From assembly GCA_963745835.1 (NCBI GenBank), contig CAVUZH010000024.1:128001-192000 (forward strand): a stretch of DNA of 64,000 bases, read 5' to 3'. Shown one piece after another: positions 19,987 to 30,406 of the stretch. Both the position numbers and the translations under genes were made by a program. Positions within the stretch are counted from its first letter, which is position 1. Every line of letters starts with the position of its first letter. Source of the stretch: an uncultured delta proteobacterium (GTDB taxonomy: Bacteria > Desulfobacterota > Binatia > UBA9968). Under the pieces are notes generated by a model. That model was not told the DNA's origin. It did not search any database and worked only from the letters and a program-made list of their open reading frames with translations.

Positions 19987-20235
19987 TACGGCTAGCACGG
20001 CATTTGACCGGTAATTGAAGCTGCCTACAGCCTCTCTTCCCGCAGTTTACTTCTAACAGAGACGACAATACAAAAATGAAATTTGCAAGCTCGTGGCTCG
20101 AGTGAATCATTTTTATAGCCGCCACCCCGCAAATCATCGAATCACCGCATAGGGCCCCCGTACCATTTGGGTAACATCAAGGATAAAGTTTCTAACGGGT
20201 TAAAGTTTCGCAATCTTTTGAAAGGAACAAGAGAA

Positions 20236-21270
20236 ATGAATTGTCGCTCCATCAGAGTCTGTGTGATTGTACTTTGTTTTGTCGGCTGGCCACTGTGGTG
20301 GCACATTCCCGCGCACAGCGCGGCCGCGCCCGTGAAAATCGTCATCGGCTACGCGACTGTCACGGCGCGCCTGATGCCGCTCTGGATTGCTCACGAGCAG
20401 GGAATCTTTGCCAAGTACGGCATCGATGCGCAACCGATTCTGATCCGCGGCGCGCCGACCCTGGTAGCCGGCCTGGCCTCGGGCGACATACACATCGGTC
20501 GCACCGGCGGCAGCGCTATGCTGGCCGCGGTCGCGGCGGGACACGATTTTAAATTCGTCGCCAGCTTCTCCAGCCGCAACACTTATGATCTGGTCGTCCG
20601 GCCCAACATCAAGAGAGCTGAAGATTTGCGCGGCAAACGTTTTGCGGTGACCAGCATCGGCGGCACCACATGGATGGGCATTCTCCTCTGGCTGGAACAC
20701 CTCGGCCTGGATCAGCAGCGCGATCAAATTCAGATGCAGGTGGTCGGCGATCAGGGAATCCAGGCGCAAGCGGTCGAGAATGGTCTCTGCGACGCGGCGG
20801 TTCTCGACGGCGCATTCAGCCGCAAACTCCAGCAAAAAGGCATGACGATCCTGCACGAATACACCGAGATGACCAAGCTTCTCGCCGGCCAATCGATGGT
20901 GGTCCCTGGCGCTCTGCTTAAGCAGAAAAGCGATCTCGCGGAGAATTACTTGAAAGCTGAAATCGAAGCGTTGGCCTATTCTCTCGCGCCAAAGAACAAA
21001 CCGGCAGTTATAAAATCATTGATGCGTCACCTGAGGACTGACGCCGCGGGCGCGGAAGATGGATATCTGGATTTAACCCGCGGTGTCGATCGCAAGCCGA
21101 TCCCTTCTGTGGAAGGGCTGCGCAACGTGCAGCGGCTTCTGAAAACACGCACCCCCAAGGTGGGCGATCTCAAAGTGGAGGATGTTATCGACGGCCGCAT
21201 CGCCCGGAGACTCGACGAAAGCGGCTTCATCGAACGTACCTTCGCCACCCACGGCGCGAGCTTGAAATAA
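20236..21270 (+). CDS. Orphan ABC substrate-binding protein, SsuA/NMT1 family
   Basis: Signal peptide, PLWIA.EQGIF.KYG, EDLRGKR, LDESGFI. Confidence 0.85.
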   Translation: MNCRSIRVCVIVLCFVGWPLWWHIPAHSAAAPVKIVIGYATVTARLMPLWIAHEQGIFAKYGIDAQPILIRGAPTLVAGLASGDIHIGRTGGSAMLAAVAAGHDFKFVASFSSRNTYDLVVRPNIKRAEDLRGKRFAVTSIGGTTWMGILLWLEHLGLDQQRDQIQMQVVGDQGIQAQAVENGLCDAAVLDGAFSRKLQQKGMTILHEYTEMTKLLAGQSMVVPGALLKQKSDLAENYLKAEIEALAYSLAPKNKPAVIKSLMRHLRTDAAGAEDGYLDLTRGVDRKPIPSVEGLRNVQRLLKTRTPKVGDLKVEDVIDGRIARRLDESGFIERTFATHGASLK

Positions 21271-21303
21271 ATCTACCAGCAAACATCTCACGAGGTAAAT
21301 TAA

Positions 21304-22338
21304 ATGAAACGACAAATCCGCTGCGCAAGTTTTCTTCTGCCGATGCTTCTAATGCCGCTCTTGATCGTATCAAGCGTTTATTCGCAAGACACTTTCTTCA
21401 AAGGCAAGACCATGCGCATCATCGTCGGCGGCCCTCCGGGCGGGGGTTTCGATACCTATGCGCGCATGATCGCCCGGCAAATGTCCAAGCACATTCCCGG
21501 TAACCCAACCATCATCGTCGATAATATGCCCGGCGCCGGCATGATGATCGCAGCCAATCACATCTACAAAGCAGCCAAGCCCGACGGCCTCACCATCGGC
21601 CATTTCACCGGCAGCCAGAGCATTAGCCAAATACTCGGGCAGCCCGGCGTCGAATTCGACATGCGCAAATTTACCTATCTCGGCGCACCCACCGCGGATC
21701 ATTTCTCCTGCGCTTTTACCAAGGCAAGCGGCATTGTCAGCACGGATAAATGGCTCGCCTTGCCGAAGCCGGCGAAGATGGGTGCGGTGGGACCTGGAAA
21801 CCTGACCGATAATACCTTGCGAGTTCTCAGCACTGCGACCAACTTTCCGATTCAGCTGGTCTCCGGATACAAGGGCACGGCGCCGGTGCGACTCGCGATG
21901 GAAGCCGGCGAGCTCGACGGCTCGTGCTGGGGATGGGATTCGATCAAGTCGACCTGGAGCCGAGCCATGGAAACGGGCGATGGCATCGTCGTGCTTCAAG
22001 CGGCCCCAAAAGCTCATCCCGACTTGCCCAAAGTTCCGCTGGCGATCAATTTCGGCAAGAACGAGGAAGGCAAACAGCTGATCGACGTGGTGATCCATGG
22101 CGGCAATATCGTCGAGCGCTCATTTATGCTTCCGCCGGGAGTGCCGAAGGATCGAATGGCCACCATAAAATCGGCATTCGATACGACCCTGCGAGATCCG
22201 GAGTTTCTCGCCGAAGCAAAGAAAGCCAGACTCGGGGTGGCGCCGATATCCGGCGATGAACTGACCCGGAGGGTGAACGCGTTCTTCAATCTGCCTGAAG
22301 ATATGAAGAGGAAGATCAAAAGAGTGCTGTACGAGTGA
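21304..22338 (+). CDS. TctC/Bug family substrate-binding protein
   Basis: PGGGFDTYAR, NMPGAG, KPDGLTI, GYKGT, PPGVP. Confidence 0.88.
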   Translation: MKRQIRCASFLLPMLLMPLLIVSSVYSQDTFFKGKTMRIIVGGPPGGGFDTYARMIARQMSKHIPGNPTIIVDNMPGAGMMIAANHIYKAAKPDGLTIGHFTGSQSISQILGQPGVEFDMRKFTYLGAPTADHFSCAFTKASGIVSTDKWLALPKPAKMGAVGPGNLTDNTLRVLSTATNFPIQLVSGYKGTAPVRLAMEAGELDGSCWGWDSIKSTWSRAMETGDGIVVLQAAPKAHPDLPKVPLAINFGKNEEGKQLIDVVIHGGNIVERSFMLPPGVPKDRMATIKSAFDTTLRDPEFLAEAKKARLGVAPISGDELTRRVNAFFNLPEDMKRKIKRVLYE

Positions 22339-22460
22339 TCAGTCGGAGGAAATAAGGTTCGATGGGATGAGAGCTTAGTTGGAGTATCGCTAAACCGGGG
22401 CTTCTTCGGTCTAAGAAGACGTGGTCGCAAATTCAGAGCGCCTCTTCGAAATTTACAAAC

Positions 22461-23168
22461 GTGAGATTCGATACCGTCATTTTCGACTTGTTTGGCACCT
22501 TGGTAACCCATTTCATGTCGTCGGTCGGCCAAATGCATAAGGAAATGGCCGACGTCCTGACGGTGCCTTACGAACAGTTCAACCCGCTCTGGAATCAGAC
22601 CACGGAAATGCGAGTCGTCGGCGATTTTGCATCCGTCGAGGCCAGCATTGAATACGTCTTGAACGAAATGAATGTAGATGCGCAAGCTGCGCAAATTGAA
22701 CAAGCCGTCGCAATCCGGATGGCCTACATCAAAAAGGCGCTGCGACCGAAGGCTCACGCCATAAGCACACTAAACCAGCTTAAGCGCCAGCGCTACAAAA
22801 CCGGACTGCTCAGCAATTGCTCAGTGGAGATTCCGCTGCTCTGGCCCGAAACCGATTTCGCCGGCGCAATCGATATGCCTATTTTCTCCTGCCTCGCTCG
22901 TTTGAAAAAACCGGATGAGAGGATCTATCATCTGGCATGCGAACAACTCGGCAGCAAAGCTGAATCCTGCCTCTATATTGCCGATGGAGAGGAGTATGAA
23001 TTGGCAGCCGCGGCTAAAATAGGTTTACAGCCGGTGCTGATCCGATCATCCTCAGAAGAGTCCCTGAGTGAGTTGCATAGGGAGGCGAGAGAATGGCGCG
23101 GGCTGGCTATCACCACTCTCCCAGAAGTATTGGCTCTCGCGGGTATTGAAAATTCGCAGTATGATTAG
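22461..23168 (+). CDS. HAD family hydrolase
   Basis: FDLFGTL, LLSN, KKPDERIY, YIADG (motif I second Asp replaced). Confidence 0.8.
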   Translation: MRFDTVIFDLFGTLVTHFMSSVGQMHKEMADVLTVPYEQFNPLWNQTTEMRVVGDFASVEASIEYVLNEMNVDAQAAQIEQAVAIRMAYIKKALRPKAHAISTLNQLKRQRYKTGLLSNCSVEIPLLWPETDFAGAIDMPIFSCLARLKKPDERIYHLACEQLGSKAESCLYIADGEEYELAAAAKIGLQPVLIRSSSEESLSELHREAREWRGLAITTLPEVLALAGIENSQYD

Positions 23169-23284
23169 GCAGCCGATGCTGCGCTTTTCGTTTTTCGACT
23201 CACCGCCTGCCTTGGAGCGATCCGAAGTTTCTGCGCTTGTCGCTGACATGCCTGGAATCAAAGGACTAGGGTAGCACTGAGCTT

Positions 23285-23989
23285 CTAACTGAGAAAGAAC
23301 GTAAGGCCCAGCATAAACAAACTGCTGTTGATACCGGCATTTTTGCCGTGAATACCCGCGTTGGAAATATGATGAAAGCGCCACTCTCCGGTCAATGCGG
23401 TGCGTTGGCTTATGAAGTAGTGAAGACCTACGCCTGATTGCACGATGAAATTCAAACCATCGGCTTGCCGAGCCAGATCGGCGTCCAAAGCGATGAAGCC
23501 GACACCGGCATGGAAGAACGGAATAAACCGAGTGCCGGTCAAGAAATTATAGCGCAGCCCCGGTGCGATACCTCCGGCGATTCCAGGGTTGGGTTCGAAC
23601 ATGTAGAGGAAGGTCCCTTCGAGTATTAATTCGAAGTTCCCCCGGTACCAACTGCGTCCTCCCAACGGATCCGAAATGCCGATGCCCCAGCGCGGAGTGG
23701 CATAGACGAATTGAATATCTTCCAACACGGGGGCGTGACTACCGCCAACCGGCAGTGCATATCCATAGCCGCCACTGATCCCCAACGATTGCTTACCATA
23801 CCCGAACGCCGACTCGTATGTGCGCGGCTGGTCTGCGGCATCCGCGGCCACAGCTTCGCCATTTTTCAGCGCAAATCCCGAGAGAGTAATCGATGCAACG
23901 ATTAGAAGGATGACGTGTCGAAGGAAGCTTGAATAAGTGTTTGGTCGTCGGTCGAAGATGCGGTTTTGATACCACGAGTCGTTGATCAC
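23285..23989 (-). CDS. Lipid A 3-O-deacylase PagL / acyloxyacyl hydrolase family beta-barrel
   Basis: FHHISNAG...N.GINS catalytic motif, amphipathic beta strands, aromatic residues near the C-terminus. Confidence 0.8.
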   Translation of the reverse strand: MINDSWYQNRIFDRRPNTYSSFLRHVILLIVASITLSGFALKNGEAVAADAADQPRTYESAFGYGKQSLGISGGYGYALPVGGSHAPVLEDIQFVYATPRWGIGISDPLGGRSWYRGNFELILEGTFLYMFEPNPGIAGGIAPGLRYNFLTGTRFIPFFHAGVGFIALDADLARQADGLNFIVQSGVGLHYFISQRTALTGEWRFHHISNAGIHGKNAGINSSLFMLGLTFFLS

Positions 23990-24299
23990 TTAGGAACCTC
24001 CAGATGTCGGCCCGCGCTACCAGATACTGTGACTTGATAGATCGTTCAGAGATCATTCCAACTCTCGAGCACCCGGCTCGGCCAGGGCACAAAAATGCTC
24101 ATCCCTTCATCTATGCAAGGAAATGGCTCTTACTACAAGTCCACCATCGAATAACGTTTCGAGACGTTTTTTGCGCCTGCCAAGCATGATCGAAAAGCGT
24201 GAAATGTCTGAAGCCACGCAGCAACAGGTGCACTGACCGTTGAACGAGAAACTCGTGAACCGCAGTTTGTGCAGAGATTAGCGAAACCCCAAATCTCGA

Positions 24300-25178
24300 T
24301 CATTTCCACAACGTCAGCAGCAACACGCCGCCGACAATCATGGCGGCGCTGATGACGATTCGAAGAGTGACACGCTCGACATCGCGTAAAAAGAGCGCGC
24401 TAAAGATCAGTGAAAAGAACGGGCCGGTGCTGCTTATCGGAATCACCACAGAAACTTTACCCAAATCCAAGGCATAGTAGATGCAGACCATGCCAAGGCT
24501 GATGGTAATCCCAGCCGCAAAAAACCACCAGAAGCATTTCCGGTTCATTTTCCAGGTTTCTTGACTCTTCTCCACATACCAGAGCGTCAACAGCGACACC
24601 ACGAAGGAAGAAGTTGCGGTAACCGCCGCGGCTAGAAACGGATGGGGAACGGCTGCCAAACCAAATTTGCGCACCACCTGAGAGGCGCCCGCGAGTGCCG
24701 AGGCGCCGATGGGATACCATAAAAAGATGGCGGAGCCCGCGAGTTTCACTGAACCGCTGCGCCAGGATAATAAGGTGATGCCAGCGATAATCATCAAGGT
24801 GGCGACAACGATTGGCAAAGTGATTTGCTCGCCGAGAAAGATAATCGCCATCATCGCGCTGAACAGCGGGGTGGTGGCGCGGATGGGATCGGTGATCGCC
24901 ATCCCCAGCGCATCGATGCCTTTGTAGGTTAACAATCGGGTCAATCCCGGTTGGAAAAATCCGACCACGACAAAAATCAAAATTGACGCGCTAGTTAAAG
25001 ACGACAGCGGCACGAACAAGATCGACACGCTCCAGAGAAATACAATGTTAATCAACAGGCTACTGATCACGCCGGTGGCAGGATTGGAGTAGCGCATCGC
25101 CTTTTTGGTGAGCATGTTATGGAATGCGAATAGAAAAGCGTTCGCCAGGGCGTAGAATTCAGCGGGGATGGCAGCCAT
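24300..25178 (-). CDS. EamA/DMT family transporter
   Basis: Ten TM segments in two repeats, FLGEQIT, GKVSVVIPI. Confidence 0.88.
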   Translation of the reverse strand: MAAIPAEFYALANAFLFAFHNMLTKKAMRYSNPATGVISSLLINIVFLWSVSILFVPLSSLTSASILIFVVVGFFQPGLTRLLTYKGIDALGMAITDPIRATTPLFSAMMAIIFLGEQITLPIVVATLMIIAGITLLSWRSGSVKLAGSAIFLWYPIGASALAGASQVVRKFGLAAVPHPFLAAAVTATSSFVVSLLTLWYVEKSQETWKMNRKCFWWFFAAGITISLGMVCIYYALDLGKVSVVIPISSTGPFFSLIFSALFLRDVERVTLRIVISAAMIVGGVLLLTLWK

Positions 25179-25421
25179 GTTGCGTGAATTATTATTTGGG
25201 GGAAATATGCCGGGATTGTAGACGTTCGTGATCTGCTGCTTTCGACGTGCACCTGAGCTATACAGTCTTTAATATCAGAGGACAAATAATCGTGCCATCA
25301 AAGGGTTATTATCTAGACGCTCAGCGCTCCAGAAATTGATTCTTTGATTCCCCTTCCTGCAAACAGGAAAAAAATTAGATTAGAGAACATCGAACGAGTT
25401 GAGAGCTTTAATGGCCGTCTC

Positions 25422-28202
25422 ATGAAAAGAACCTTCTTGCTTTCTTTACTGCTCGCTCTGCTCTTACTTAGCACCTATGCCTCGATCAGACAGGCTCAGG
25501 TCGGTAGCTGCCTCGCCTATGCGTTTGGCGGCTTGCGCGAAGTCGCGCAGGAACGCTCGACGCGCTTTCTCGGAAAAGTTCACGAGGACAGCGCACGCTG
25601 CCGCGGCGGCGAGTCAGCGGTAGCTTGGCGCAACACACCGTGGATCGACTGGCAACGCTACTCGGCCGCGGCGGGCCCTGAAAGTCGGACCCGCGGTTGG
25701 GCCGGCAACCTCGGTTTTTTTAGTCCGGACAACCGCGGCCTTAACGGCGCGCTGCTCGATCTCGAGTACCAGCGTCTTGAATTGCTCAAGTTTAATCTGT
25801 TCGACAACAGCGGCACTTTCCCGACTTATATGCGCGACTGGCACAGCCCATCGGATGTCACAAAGACCTGGCCCGAATTGCGGCTGCCGAAGGACCATCC
25901 GCTCTACAAAGAGGTCGGCGGCGATGGTCCTCAACTCTGTTCCGGTGAATTAATACGCTTTCGCACGATCAGCGGGATTTGCAACGACATCACCAATCCG
26001 CTGATGGGCTCTACCGGCCAGCCGTTTGCGCGCAACGTTGAATTCGAGAGCACGTTTCCGGAGCTGGCTATGGACCCGGTTGCCGCAAATCGCCACGGCG
26101 GTCGAATCGGTTTGTTAAAGCCCGACCCGCAGCTCATTAGCCAAAAATTATTCAGCCGCCCATTAGTAGGAACATGCGATGGTTACGAGCTAGGAAATTC
26201 GACTGTAGCGAGTTGTGCCTATCAAAAAGCGTCACACTTAAATTTGCTCGCAGGATTCTGGATCCAGTTCGTGACCCACGATTGGTTTTCTCATCTAGAC
26301 GAAGGACAAAACCAATCGGCAATGATGGCGATGGGCTGCGATGATCACGAAGGAGCAAACGATCGAAGTAGGTTGGCGGCCGCGCGAGCCGAACCAGCCG
26401 GCTGCCGCCCCACCGATCGCATCGATAAAAGCTTGATCGCTCAGGACCTGCCGGCGCCGACCTTCAAGCTTGGCAAAAACTCCTACATGACGCGTGCGCA
26501 CAGAACCACGGTCAACAAAGTCACCGCGTGGTGGGATGCTTCGCAAATTTACGGATATGACGAGACATCGCGCCGGCGGGTAAAGCGCGATCCGCGCGAT
26601 CCGGCCAAGCTATTGCTGGAGCCGGGAATAACGGCTAGGGAAAACACGCCGGTTTATTTGCCGAGGTTGAACTCTGCCGATCCCACGAATCCACAGTGGA
26701 TCGGCCAGGAAGCTGTCGCCTTCCCCGACAACTGGAACATCGGTCTGAGTTTTTTCCACAATGTATTCGCGCGCGAGCACAATCTTTTCGTCGACGCCTT
26801 TCGCCTGGAAATGAGAAAAAACCCGGATGCCGATTCCGGATTACGACGACCGGTACAGCCCGACAAACTGATCAGTAACAAGGAGGTCACAGCCGACGAG
26901 CTCTTCGAAGTGGCGCGTCTAGTGATTGCAGCCGAGATTGCGAAGATCCACACCATCGAGTGGACCACCCAGCTGCTTTACAACAAGCCGGTCTACCTCG
27001 CTATGAATGCCAATTGGTCGGGTCTGTTTGACGAGCACCCTTTGGTCAATGCCGCTCTCGAGCGGGTAATCCAGCGGTTTACTCAATCCGATAATGGCAG
27101 AAAAGCCACTGGATGGTATGCCGCTTTCGCCGCCGGACCGGGGATCGTCGGTCTCGGCAATACGCAAGCCGACGTTAGTGCCGGGGTCAACCACTTCGGT
27201 TCGCCTTTCAGTTTTCCTGAGGAGTTCATCAACGCCTACCGCTTGCATCCGATGCTTCCCGACTTCATCGAACTCCGCGAGCTGAACCACCGAAACGTTA
27301 TCAAGTCGAAGATTGCAGTTTCCGAAACTCTGCGCGGCAAGGCGACTCAAGCGATGCATCAGCACGGGCCGGCCAACTGGGCGCTCTCATTGGGCCGGCA
27401 GCGACTCGGCAAGCTGACATTGCGTAACCATCCGAAGTTTTTACAAAGCCTATCCATGCCTCGCCTAAAAGGTGGCAGCGGTAAAATAGATGTCGCCGCT
27501 TTGGATCTGATCCGCGACCGGGAACGCGGCATACCACGTTATAATGAATATCGACGCCAGTACGGTCTCAAACAGCTGACCAAGTTTGATGATTTCATCG
27601 ACCCGCAGGTTTCAAAGAACTCGGCCGAATGGACAGAGCAGCAAAAGCTCGTGGAGCTACTCCGGGAAGTTTATGGACAACATCGATGTGCTTCGTCGAA
27701 GATCATCACGACCGCGCAGAAAAATGACGACGGCAGCCAAATCAACGACTGCCTTGGCCATCCCAACGGCAGCCTCGTGGATAACATCGAGGACGTCGAC
27801 GCTATGGTAGGATGGCTCGCTGAATTCGCGCGCCCTCACGGTTTTGCCATCTCGGAAACACAATTCCAGGTTTTCATTCTTAACGCATCCCGGCGGCTTT
27901 TTAGCGATCGCTTTTTAACATCGAGTTTTCGACCGGCGTTTTACACCAACCTAGGCTATAACTGGGTAAACAATAACGGTCCTGGCGCAAAAATCTTCGA
28001 ACCGAAGAAAGCCAACGGACATACGGTCGAAGTGTCGCCATTAAAGCGCGTGCTTCAAAGAACGGTTCCAGAATTGCGCGAAGAACTCGAACAGGTCGTA
28101 AATGTTTTCGATCCCTGGACCCGGGACCGCGGCGAATACTACTCGCTCGCTTGGAAGCCGCGGCGCGGCGCAGAAGCGGACTTATCCTTCAAAAGCAATT
28201 AG
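25422..28202 (+). CDS. Secreted heme enzyme of the peroxidase-cyclooxygenase superfamily, fatty-acid alpha-dioxygenase-like
   Basis: Signal peptide MKRTFLLSLLL; WIQFVTHDW, WWDASQIYG, AKIHTIEWT, YRLHPMLPD, RDRERGIPRYN, ASRRLFSDRF. Confidence 0.85.
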   Translation: MKRTFLLSLLLALLLLSTYASIRQAQVGSCLAYAFGGLREVAQERSTRFLGKVHEDSARCRGGESAVAWRNTPWIDWQRYSAAAGPESRTRGWAGNLGFFSPDNRGLNGALLDLEYQRLELLKFNLFDNSGTFPTYMRDWHSPSDVTKTWPELRLPKDHPLYKEVGGDGPQLCSGELIRFRTISGICNDITNPLMGSTGQPFARNVEFESTFPELAMDPVAANRHGGRIGLLKPDPQLISQKLFSRPLVGTCDGYELGNSTVASCAYQKASHLNLLAGFWIQFVTHDWFSHLDEGQNQSAMMAMGCDDHEGANDRSRLAAARAEPAGCRPTDRIDKSLIAQDLPAPTFKLGKNSYMTRAHRTTVNKVTAWWDASQIYGYDETSRRRVKRDPRDPAKLLLEPGITARENTPVYLPRLNSADPTNPQWIGQEAVAFPDNWNIGLSFFHNVFAREHNLFVDAFRLEMRKNPDADSGLRRPVQPDKLISNKEVTADELFEVARLVIAAEIAKIHTIEWTTQLLYNKPVYLAMNANWSGLFDEHPLVNAALERVIQRFTQSDNGRKATGWYAAFAAGPGIVGLGNTQADVSAGVNHFGSPFSFPEEFINAYRLHPMLPDFIELRELNHRNVIKSKIAVSETLRGKATQAMHQHGPANWALSLGRQRLGKLTLRNHPKFLQSLSMPRLKGGSGKIDVAALDLIRDRERGIPRYNEYRRQYGLKQLTKFDDFIDPQVSKNSAEWTEQQKLVELLREVYGQHRCASSKIITTAQKNDDGSQINDCLGHPNGSLVDNIEDVDAMVGWLAEFARPHGFAISETQFQVFILNASRRLFSDRFLTSSFRPAFYTNLGYNWVNNNGPGAKIFEPKKANGHTVEVSPLKRVLQRTVPELREELEQVVNVFDPWTRDRGEYYSLAWKPRRGAEADLSFKSN

Positions 28203-28282
28203 GCAAACTCGCGAGACGAGGAGCCGGCTCGGGGTTCTACTCCGCCGGAAATCGAGCCGCAATAACCAGATCTGATAAGTAG

Positions 28283-30136
28283 CTAACGATTGTCAGCCAG
28301 GATCGCGTCCGCAGCCTTTTCACCGATCATGTACACGGCGCTGACGATAAAGAAGCCTGGAATGCGCGGAAATACCGAAGCATCGACAACCCGTAGCCCT
28401 CTGGTGCCGTGCACCTGGAAATCGCTCGTTAGCACCCCGCCTTTTTCTTTGGCCCCGATTGGGCAAGTGCAGGAAGCATGGTGACCCCAGGCGTTGTTGC
28501 GCACGTAATCGCCAAGCTCGGCATCCGATTGAACCTGACTACCCGGCAATTCCTCCTCTGAAATGACCTTCTCTGTTCTGAGCGCTGCTGTCATTTTGCG
28601 CACGAACTTGATGCCTTCGACAACGCTGTCGAGGTCCTCTCCACTCGTGTCGCTACCCTCATCGAAATAGCGAAAATTGATTGTCGGGGTATCTCTTGGA
28701 TCTGACGAGCGCAAGCTCACCGCCCCCGCGTTGTTGCGGGTATGCGCTTTCAACACCACCCAACTCAAATAGTTGTGGTGCGCTGATATCAGTTGTGAGT
28801 ATCCCGGGAAATAGCCCTTGAATTTGCCGATAAAGCCGAGGCAGAACAGATCCGGGACGGTACGACTCGGCTGGGATTTCTTAACCACCACCAGCGCTGC
28901 GCCGGCAGTGGCATACACACCCTTCCTATCTGCGGCCCATTCTCGATACTGCGGATCGCTGCTATCGAACTTTGCCGCTGCCAATACATTCCAGTCCTGC
29001 GTCATGCGATTGACGACACTCACCTCATAACGGTCCTGCAGATTCCTGCCGACGCCGGGAAGGTCGATCCGCACTTTGATGCCGTGAGATTGCAAGTCCT
29101 CTCGTGGGCCTATGCCGGACAGCATGAGCAATTGGGGGGTATTAAAAGCTCCGCCGCACAAGATCGTCTCTCGCGCAGCAAACGCTTGGCGTATTTCTCC
29201 TGGCTCGCTGCTGGGATCACTATGGGCGCGGTACAGACGCTCCCCTTTGAGGTACTCGACGCCTAATGCGCGATTATCCTGGTCGAACAGCACTCGCGTC
29301 ACCAGAGCGTGAGGCTCGATGTGCAGCTTACGGGGGTATCTCTTGGCCACGTCCAAGACGCGCTCGCGAGTGCCGATGCGCCCCTGATTGCACGTGGTCA
29401 GAGGTGTGTAGCGCACGCCGAACGAATTAGACTGCACCAAGCGCCAGTCATTGGGATCGTGCTGCGATTTGATCGACCATCTAACTTGCGTCAGCGGATC
29501 TCCCATTTCTTTGAATGCCTTCAGCGCCGATCCCTTGATCATGTCCATCATGTCTCGATCGCCCAGCGCCAATCTGGGATCTCTTCGCTCGGTAGTCAGC
29601 CAACCGCTGAAACCATGGCGCGTTGGATTTAATCCCAAGATTTTCTTTAGCCAGCGATAGGGAGGTCGATGGCGGCAGTCTTCCAGACGCTCGAAGTACC
29701 GGCGCATGTTTTCAGCTCGCCAGGAAGGATCGCCCGTCAGGTCGGCGATATCGTCCCAATCTTGATTGTGCGGATAGACCAGAATCATTGCGTTATGGCT
29801 CGTGCAACCGCCCAACGCGCCGGCGCGAGGATAAAGGACGCCGTCTCTCATGGCCGTGAATTTAGAGTCTTTCTTCTGGCGCTCGTCATCATCGTAGTGG
29901 CGCACGAAGAAATCCCACCTCAAGGCAGGATTCTCAGATGCGAAAGGATGAAAGGCAGGGACTTGGTAGTCTTCCGGCAAACGTGTGCCGGCTAGACCTA
30001 GGGGATCGCCGCCCGCTTCCAGAAGCAAGACCGTGCGTCCGGCTTCGGCCAATCGCGCGGCGACTGTGCCGCCGCCGGCGCCCGATCCGACGACGACGTA
30101 ATCATATCCATTGGATGGCAAATCCGCGGCAGACAT
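28283..30136 (-). CDS. GMC family FAD oxidoreductase
   Basis: DYVVVGSGAGG, LGGCTSHNAM, GAFNTPQLLMLSGIG, PGVGRNLQD, LRVVDASVFP. Confidence 0.92.
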   Translation of the reverse strand: MSAADLPSNGYDYVVVGSGAGGGTVAARLAEAGRTVLLLEAGGDPLGLAGTRLPEDYQVPAFHPFASENPALRWDFFVRHYDDDERQKKDSKFTAMRDGVLYPRAGALGGCTSHNAMILVYPHNQDWDDIADLTGDPSWRAENMRRYFERLEDCRHRPPYRWLKKILGLNPTRHGFSGWLTTERRDPRLALGDRDMMDMIKGSALKAFKEMGDPLTQVRWSIKSQHDPNDWRLVQSNSFGVRYTPLTTCNQGRIGTRERVLDVAKRYPRKLHIEPHALVTRVLFDQDNRALGVEYLKGERLYRAHSDPSSEPGEIRQAFAARETILCGGAFNTPQLLMLSGIGPREDLQSHGIKVRIDLPGVGRNLQDRYEVSVVNRMTQDWNVLAAAKFDSSDPQYREWAADRKGVYATAGAALVVVKKSQPSRTVPDLFCLGFIGKFKGYFPGYSQLISAHHNYLSWVVLKAHTRNNAGAVSLRSSDPRDTPTINFRYFDEGSDTSGEDLDSVVEGIKFVRKMTAALRTEKVISEEELPGSQVQSDAELGDYVRNNAWGHHASCTCPIGAKEKGGVLTSDFQVHGTRGLRVVDASVFPRIPGFFIVSAVYMIGEKAADAILADNR

Positions 30137-30406
30137 TTTTATTGAAGCTCGCCGGATAACATTGCTAGCGCGGATTATTCATTCTTCGAAAAGCACGACA
30201 CCGTGTTGCCGGGGAGTCAGCCTCGGAGCGAGCGGGCGGAGGAACGTAAAAGCTGCGCCTACCTGTAACGGAATTGGTAATCGGCTTCGTTTTCTTCCTG
30301 CTGTACACTCTACCACTTATATTTAGTCGGCGGCCTCAAGAAACAGGCCCATTGCTCGCGCTCGCAAACTCGCTCCTCGGACATGGTTCTGTGAATAAAT
30401 TTCGTA

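Noticed and set aside
25280-25298. TGGCACG on the minus strand upstream of the EamA gene as a sigma54 promoter
   Set aside because: No GC at the -12 position with correct spacing
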